Source of the DNA: the human T2T-CHM13v2.0 reference genome, Homo sapiens
Direction: 5' to 3' (one strand)
Length of the DNA: 64,000 bases
NCBI RefSeq assembly: GCF_009914755.1
Contig: NC_060936.1
This document shows, piece after piece, positions 56,019 through 64,000 of this stretch. Within the stretch, counting starts at the first letter, position 1. Every line of letters starts with the position of its first letter. Made by a program: the position numbers and the translations under genes. The notes under the pieces were generated by a model, which saw only the letters and a list, made by a program, of their open reading frames with translations, did no database searches and had not been told where the DNA came from.

Positions 56019-58559
56019 GAGGATAGGAGAGGAGAGTGAGGATAGGAATTACAGATAAAAGATAACTCAGTGTGCTTACATAGGCATTATCCTATGTAAG
56101 TGTTGAATTAAAGATGCCTTATGATCTGCATTGAAAATTCACAAAACACACCCTCCTGTAGGTGTAATCAGGTTCCAAAGATAAGAAGGACTTCTCAAAA
56201 TCTATGCTCAAGAGCTGAGGAAGATTGCAGCTATTTCACCATGGTGTGGGCCAAGCTCAGTTCTGCTACATAATTAGTCCCAAGTCCTTAATCCTTAGTG
56301 TATTTAACAGGACGTCTTCAGGAGTTGCTTCAGCTTATAGCCCTCAAAACCATACTCATACTTACCCTGCCTAGAGGGCTGTGGGCAAATATTTTGATCT
56401 GGGAGAATGCAGGCTACATAAGCTTGGGGATATGTATGTGTGTGTGTGTGTGAGTGTGTGTGTGCAATTACATTCATGGATGTGCCAAAGTATCCCAAAT
56501 TGTCATAGAGTGTCTGGCACACACCAGGTGTTACACCAATACTTACGGAAGAGATGAGCGAATGCATGGAGATTCCAATAACAATCACAAACAAATCCTA
56601 TGAAATATCACATTTAGAAGCCGGTGATGCTCAATATATTTTCAAGCTCCCAATAGAAAGAAGAACATCCTTCTAATTATTACATAGTGTTTATTGCAGA
56701 AAAATTCGATTTAGGAGAGAGCCATGTCATTGTACAAAGAAATCTGGGATCTGACTGCTGGCACTGTGGGTGCTCATGCTGGGGTCTGGGGACACGTTCC
56801 AGCTACGCTGTTTCCCTATTTGTGTGCAGTGATATTTTTTACTGTGTAATCATGTGTTTTTCCCCAAACTTTCTTTCATGCTGTGACTCTTTTCCTCCTC
56901 CCCATCTCAGTCTTGTGCCAAAACCTCAGGTAAGGGACAACTCATCAGAAAGTGAGAATCAAAAGTGCTTTATTTTTAAATGTCCAAAGCTTTAGACCTA
57001 AGGTAGTTGGGGTTGGGGAGGGAGACTGTGAGCAACAACAATGAAGTATTTTTAGAAAATCCAGGAGAATTGGAGAGAAAATCTCTGTGTGTGTGCTTAC
57101 GTGCTTACATGCTACATTTCTGGAAGATGTGAATGATTGCAGGAGCAGGACCCGGCACACAGAGAGATACACTCTGACTCTCGGGAGGGAGAGGAAGCAG
57201 CCGGGGAAAGCAAGTCTAAAGTCAACGGTGGATTCCAGAGAGATGGGGACTTGGCCTGACGGTGAGAAAGAAAAAGCCTAGATAATGTTTAGAGCATTTG
57301 AGTGTGAAGGCTCAGCTCCACTTTCCAAGATGGAGCTCAGGGAGATGAAAAATCCTTAGTGTAGAAATGGATGCACCAAGCCCTCCGCCCCCCATCACAG
57401 CTGATTTCCAGTGAGGAAGGCTCTCCCGCATGGGATGGGGCAGGGTTAGCAAGAGAGAGCTGGACCTGAAGGAGTCATGTGTCCTGGGACAATTAGGGAC
57501 CAGCAGTGGATGAAACAAGAGCCCTGATGTCACCAGCCCCAAGAAGCCCCAACTCTCAGTACCCTGGGTGCAAATAAGCTCCTCCTGCTTGGAATTTAGA
57601 GAAAGGGAATCACCCCAAAAGTGACTGAGATTGTTATATCCCTTTAGGGGACTCTAAATAGATATGGAAAATAGAGACCCCTAAGAGGATAGCTATCTCT
57701 ATCTGAACAAAGATACTTATAGAAATTAAAGTAGGTCATATTTCTGGCATAATTGAGCTGGGTGGTAGCATAAAAGTTTTTGCATGTTTTTCTTGTAAAT
57801 TCATAAATATAAGTTTATGTGCCTAATTCTCCCTGTCTTTCTCTCTCCTTCTTGCTCTCTAAGTCAAGCATGTGATGGTCAGGAGTTATGGAGCAGCTGG
57901 CATCTCTATCTGACCACACGCAAAGCCTCCTGGAAAACACGTGGCCATATTGGGGTTGATAATTCAGGTAGCAGAGTTGGCTTCCATGCCAGAAGTGGGA
58001 GGGACAAAGAAACCACAGACTCCCACAAAAGGAGGAGGAGCTTTCTCTGAAGTGCTACTGCCCAAGAATCAGACACCTTTTGTGGTGGCCACTGATGTTT
58101 AAAGCTGAGACATTGGCTTCTGTGCTTGCCTTTCTGGGACCACCCTCCCTTTCACAGCACATGGAGATGCTCCACGAATAATGTGGCCAAGGCCCAGCCT
58201 CCCTCCCCTCTGCAGCATCTGGAGATGCTCCATGAAGGATGTAGCTCCGGGCCTTCTGAGCCAGGCACCCTCGACTTGGCCATCTCTATAACTTTGGGAA
58301 GTAGGGTGGGCCGGAGAGACCACCGAGTCCAAAGACCAGAGCTACTCCGGAGTGCCACCTTGTAATGCACAATTATTTGTTTGTGGCAATAAAATAAGTG
58401 GGAAACATTGACATTTAGCTAGAAAATTGAGGCTCTGACCTATGCGCCATGCCTATAAACTCCAGCTACCTAAACCTAAACCTCAGTTTGTTTGTTTGTT
58501 TGTTTGTTTGTTTGTTTTGATTTGGTCTATTTCATACCTTACCACCCTGGCTGCTCAAT

Positions 58560-58730
58560 GGAGTAACCTCAAGAGCTGAAACAAAGTGCTAATGCTCAGG
58601 ACCTAACCCCAGAAATAGTGACTCAAGTTTTCTGGGATGAGACCCAGCTGTAAGTATATCTTAAAAACAAAACAAACTAACACAAACTTCTCAGATGATT
58701 CAAATGTGCAGCCGGGGATAAGCATTTCAG
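58560..58730. mobile_element. MER5-type MITE
   Basis: ctaatgctcaggacctaaccccagaaa...cagatgattcaaatgtgcagcc. Confidence 0.65.
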
Positions 58731-59387
58731 ACTCACTTTTGGAATATTTGCAATGCAAGATTTTTAAAAATATGGATTAGCATCTATATTAGGGCAGCTT
58801 TGTACCCCAACAGGATATAAAGGACTTCTCCCACGATAAAGTGGGAGAAGGAGACAACTCTTTCTGAAGGAAGCAAACACACACACACTCACGGTGTACT
58901 GTGCAGGGGCCGTTTGTCATCGGCACCAGCCCACGTCCCATCTGTGTTATGATAAGTGGCTTTAGTTGTGCAAGTTTTCTTGCCCTTCTCAGTTGGGATC
59001 TGGGGGTTGGTGCTACTGATGATAAAGAATGGCTCTAAGACACTTATCTGGCAGAGGAATGTAAGTTATGGCTCTCGGTGAAGTATAACTACAGATGAAA
59101 TAAGGCAGAAGGGATGCTGTATAGTGCAAGGTTTGTTATTTCAGACCTAAGGCAGAGCAATTGTGGCCTGTCTCAGTCTTCTGACCTTGTACAGGGGTAA
59201 TGTGCAGAAGCGAAGGATAACAACGTCATGATCTTCAAGAAAAATAGTGAATCAGATTTTTCAACAATGTACAATATGGTGTTTTGATAGACATATACAT
59301 AGTAAAATAATTACTATTAAGCAAATTAACTTATCTATCTCCTAATTTATTTATTTATTTTTGGTAAGAGCCCTTGAAATCTACTCT

Positions 59388-59705
59388 TTTTTTTTTCTTT
59401 TTTATTTTTTTGAAATGGAGTCTTGCGCTGTTGCCCATGCTAGGGTGCAGTGGCATGATCTTGGGTCACTGCAAACTCCGCCTCCCAGGCTCAAGCAATT
59501 CTCCTGCCTCAGCCTCCCGGGTTCGAGAAATTCTCCTGCCTCAGCCTTCCAAGTAGCTGGGATTACACCCGGCTAATTTTTGTATTTTTAGTAGAGATGG
59601 GATTTCACACTGTTGGCCAGGTGGTCTTGAACTCCTGACCTCGTGATTCACCACCTTGGCCTCCCAAAGTGCTGGGATTACAGGTGTGAGCCACCATGCA
59701 CGGCC
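59388..59705 (-). mobile_element. AluS with an internal duplication and deletion
   Basis: aattctcctgcctcagcct occurs twice; TSD tgaaat(c/t)t(a/g)ctctttt. Confidence 0.95.
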
Positions 59706-60067
59706 TGAAATTTGCTCTTTTAACGAGTTTCCAGGATACAATACAATATTATTCACTACAGTCACCGTGCCGTACGTTAGATCTGTAGACTTACTCATCC
59801 TGCATAACTGAAATGTTGTACCCTTTGACAAATATCTTCTCATTTTGCCCTTCTCCCAGCCCCTGGTAACCACTGTTCTACTCTCAGCTTCTATGTGCTC
59901 AACATTTTAACATTCTGCATAGAAGTGAGTTGATGCAGTATCGTTCTTTCTGTATCTGGCTAATTTCACTCAGCATAATGTCCTCCAGGGTCATCAATGT
60001 TGTCACAAACGACCTTCTTATTTTAAGGCTGAATAACATTTCATTGTGTATATGTGTGTCTATATAC

Positions 60068-60421
60068 AGTATTAGTCCAGTCTCATGCTGCTAATGAAGA
60101 CATACCCGAGACTAGGTCATTTATAAAGGACAGAGGTTTAATGAACTCACAGTTCCACATGGCTGGGGAAGCCTCACAATCATGGCAGAAGGCAAATGAG
60201 GAGCAAAGGCAAGTCTTACATGGACAAGAAAGCATGTGCAGGGGAAATCCCCTTTATAAAACCATGAGTTCTCGCATGACTTACATCACCAGAACAGCGC
60301 GGGAAAGACCCGTCCCCATAATTCATTTACCTCCCACTGGGTCCCTCTCACAACACCATGAGAATTATGGGAGCTGCAGTTCAAGATGAAATTTGGGTGG
60401 TAACACAGCTGAACCATATTA
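60068..60421 (-). mobile_element. THE1 (B/C) MaLR LTR
   Basis: gtattagtccagtctcatgctgctaatgaagacatacccgagact...gaaccatatta. Confidence 0.93.
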
Positions 60422-60876
60422 TATTCGTATGTGTGTGTGTGTGTATACATATATATGTGTTTGTATACATACACATCACATTTCCTTTAACTATTCATCT
60501 GCTGATGGACACTTAGATTATTTCCGTATCTTGGTTACTGTCAATAGTGCTGCGATGGACATAGGAGCGTAGATATTTCTTTGACATACCGTTTTTATAT
60601 CCTTTGGATATATACCAAGAAGAGGGGTTGCTGGATTATATGGTAGTTATATTCTTAGATTTTGAGGCACCTTCATACTTTTTTATAATAGCTGTACCAG
60701 TCTACAGTCCCACTAACAGTGGGCAAGAGTTCCCATTTCTCCTCATCCTCACCAACACTTGTCTTTTTGTTAATAGTCATCTAAACAAATGTGAGGCCAT
60801 AGCTTATTGATGTTTTCATTTGCATTTCCTTGATGATTCACAATGCTGAGCACCTTTACATCCATTTAATGATGTC

Positions 60877-61879
60877 GGCACTTTGATAAAACAGGTGAAG
60901 CGATGCCTTTACGTTAGACATACTGACCTTTGCTTTCTTGTTCAGCACCTTTGAGCTTTTGTGTAGGAAGCAAACTTCATACGGTGACTATTAGAAAAGG
61001 CTGCTAATTCTTTAAGAAAGTTGATCACCATTACACACATTGCATATCCATAATATTCATATCCAATGAGAGTGATCTGGCAATTCTGTGAATGCCTGTA
61101 ATTCATGCAGTTAGCTTCATGGGAACTGGGTGCCAAAACATAAGGAATTCATCCCCTTGCCCACTAATAGTTTACTTAGAGTGACCGACATTCCAAATTT
61201 ATCTGAAAACAAAAGGTTCCCCAGGATGCAGGATTCTCAGTACTAAACATTCTCCAGGATGCAGGATTTTCAATACCACTCACAGGGAAATCAGCATAGT
61301 TGGTCACCCAAATACTGCAAAACATTCATTGATCTGAATAACCTCACAGATGCACTTATCTTACTCCCATAAATTATGTGCAGACTTAACTTGTGAGTTT
61401 AAACTCCAGAGACAGGAAGCCTGCTCCAGAGAAGAAAAGGACAAATTCTGGGTTTGTCCAGCTGATGCAAAAAAGTTCCTCCTGCCTCCAGTCTACATTT
61501 TTGCATGGTGAATCCCTTAATTCATCTTTCCAGAACCTACTCAGAGAAAAGGAGCCCACACCATGTATTTTAAAACTGGCAAGGAAGGGTTGCTATGGTG
61601 TTCATAGCTGTCATTCAGAGACTGGTCTAAGATAAGCGTTGAACACACTGCAGAATCATTCCTTGGCACTTTGATAAAACAGGTGAAGAGATGCCTTTAC
61701 ATTAGACATACTGACCTTTGCTTTCTTTTTCAGCACCTTTGAGCTTTTGTGTGGGAAGTGAACTTCATAAAGTGACCATTAGAAAAACCTGTGAATTCAC
61801 CAAGCAAGTTAATCACCATTATGCACATTACATACCCACTATATCCTATCCAATATTATATCTTCTAATGTGAGTGATC
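60877..61879 (+). repeat. Dispersed direct repeat of about 200 bp (60877-61077 and 61665-61879)
   Basis: Both copies start ggcactttgataaaacaggtgaag. Confidence 0.96.
61178..61310. mobile_element. MER81 (hAT-Blackjack MITE) with an internal duplication
   Basis: TIRs tagagtgacc ... ggtcaccca; ccaggatgcaggatt occurs twice. Confidence 0.75.
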
Positions 61880-62286
61880 ACCACTTTGATACTGTTTTAT
61901 TGGTGCAGACAGAAAAAGTCAGGGGAGTATTTTTATGGCGTTTTATGGCCTGGGCTGGGTCATTTTTAAGATAGGTCTTGCAAGGCAGGAAGCTAATTGG
62001 GATTAGTTGTGGACACAGGGAGGCAAAGGTCTCAAATAGAATTTTGATGAGAAAAGCATAAATCATGTTAATTAAGCAATTTTAGTTGTTTACAGCTTTA
62101 ATTGCAGGGTCCAGTATTCTCTGGAGCAAGCAGATAGTGTTTGTTCTGAGTATTATTAAATATAGGAACAAAAATATGCCCACTCTCAACACTGCTTACC
62201 ACCCGAACAGGACATTGTAATGGACTCGGTTCTCAAAAAAATGTTAATATCACGGCGATTTATTATTTTTGGGAGAGAGCAAAACG

Positions 62287-62574
62287 TTTGTTTTTGAGAT
62301 GGAGTCTCACTGTCACCCAGGTTGCAGTGCAGTGGTACAATCTCGGCTCACTGCAACCTCCTCGTCCCGGTTCAAGTGATTCTCCTGCCTTAGCCTCCCA
62401 AGTAGTTGGGACTACATGCATGCGCCATCACACTGGGCTAATTTTTGTATTTTTAGTAGAGACGAGATTTCACCATATCGACCAGGCTGGTCTTGAACTC
62501 CTGGCCTCAAGTGATCCTCGTGCCTTGGCCTCCCGAAGTACTGGGATTACAGGCAGGAGCCACTGTTCCCAGCC
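62287..62574 (-). mobile_element. Alu (old S/J)
   Basis: Full Alu. Confidence 0.95.
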
Positions 62575-63139
62575 AGAATCTTTGTTTTGCTCTAGGGTGT
62601 TATCTTCCCCCATTGTGTCAAGTCTCGATGGGGCCATCGACATAGATAACTTACTGCCCACACAAGTGGCACAGGTGTCACTCTGGCTAAGCAAGTAAAC
62701 TTCTCCTGGAATTTTATTCACAAGCAGAATGGTACAAAAATTAAAAATGATGATAGTTGATTTTTCCAGCTGTATCACCTTGACAATTTAATTAATTAAT
62801 TCCTGCAAACTGTTTTTCCCAAATCCCCTTGTACCCTGTGCTTTTTGAGCATGTCTGGGTTTTCCCATCAATCTCTAAGCATTTATATCACTTTAATATT
62901 TTTTTTTTTGTAGTTGTTGAAGGGAGCCACAGTTTGCTTCTGTTAGATTCAACAGAAGAGGACTAGTTGATACATGTAGCAATTATAAAAACACTCTTTT
63001 CTGTGCAGCTCATGTCTGGTCCCAACAAGCCAACGCATCAGAAAACTTCCCTGAGAGTTACTTAATCTCCCTAAACAATACCTCCCAGGATCTCAGAGGT
63101 CGAAGATAAGGTCCTTTTCGTTGAGAAACTCTTTTTCAT

Positions 63140-63760
63140 TATTTTATTTATTCTACAGTTTGAGTTTTTCTCCTGTGCCCAGCAACTGTTGTAGGCACTG
63201 GGAGCGGCAAAGTAAAGAAGTCCTCCGCCTTCAGGGAATGTGTCTCTTAGTAACTATAAAATCCCAATAAGCAAGTAAATATATTACATGCACAGAGGCA
63301 ATGCTTATTTTAAAGAAAAAGAAAGGTGAAATGTGATAAAGAGAAAGAGAGAAGAGTTGCTATTCTACCAAGGCTGGGTCAGGGAAGACTTCATTAAAAA
63401 GTGGCATTTAAACAAAGATCTGAAGGCTGTGAGGGGCCATGAGGCTTTCTGGGGATCCAGGCAGAGGGAGTGGTATGTGCAACCCTGGGGCAGGGGTGCA
63501 GCTTCAGAGTTTGGGGACCAGCAGGGCTAGCATGGCTGCAGCTCAGAGACTATGGGACGGCTGGTAAGAGTTGAGCTCAGAGAGGTAATGGACAGGTGTT
63601 CCAAGGCAGGTCTTCCAGACTTGCAGGTCATTATAAAAACTTTGTCTTTTGCTCCCAGTAAAATTATAGTCACTGTGGGATTTTGAACGGATGAGTAAGA
63701 TGACTGATCTGTATTTTAATAACATTAATCTGGTTGCTGTATTCAGAGACAACTGAAGCA
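63140..63760. mobile_element. L2 fragment
   Basis: cctgtgcccagcaactgttgtaggcactgggag...tcagggaagacttc...gatgactgatctgtattttaataacattaatctggttgct. Confidence 0.8.
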
Positions 63761-64000
63761 GGGCAAAGATTAAAAGTAAAGGAAAAGGAAAATAGAGAAG
63801 AAAGGAAAGAAAGAAGGAAAAAACGAGGCCACAGTGTGTATAACCAGCTCTCTAGAATTCAATGTCATCAGCTTTGTGAGTTCCCTAACTCAGAGTTATT
63901 TGTTCATCTTTGGAAAAAACAATTTGTAAAAACAAGGAGCTGGGCATAGTCTTGAAACTCTACAAGGTACTTCAGACAAGACTGACAACCTTAATTGGGA

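Larger units (their letters stand above)
59255..60865 (-). mobile_element. L1MA/L1MB 3' end interrupted by an Alu and a THE1
   Basis: gtacaatatggtgttttgatagac...ccagcccctggtaaccactgttctactctc...atttgcatttccttgatgatt. Confidence 0.9.

Overview
This window is primate (very likely human) non-coding genomic DNA, intronic or intergenic. No protein-coding exon, tRNA, rRNA or CRISPR array can be supported. The ORF-track entries fall on Alu/L1/LTR sequence, microsatellites or a 1.5 kb (GGT/GAT)n minisatellite, or are short frames with no recognisable homology. The window contains about 27 Alu copies or fragments (J, S and at least one Y), several old L1 pieces (one with a twin-priming inversion), L2/MIR/CR1 relics, MaLR LTRs (THE1, MST, MLT1), ERV1 solo LTRs (MER31/67-like, MER41A, MER50, LTR8) and DNA transposons (MER5, MER81, MER94, MADE1). 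The most unusual structure is at 53.3-55.3 kb. It is a gap-free 336-bp, ~90%-identical, non-Alu inverted repeat, part of a ~610-bp insertion apparently built from local templates (direct copy, fold-back hairpin, microsatellite, inverted copy), and an LTR8 later inserted into the donor arm. Other locally templated copies occur at 46.5/48.4 kb and 60.9/61.7 kb. Repeat subfamily names come from recalled consensus sequences and need RepeatMasker/Dfam confirmation. Boundaries of old elements are approximate.
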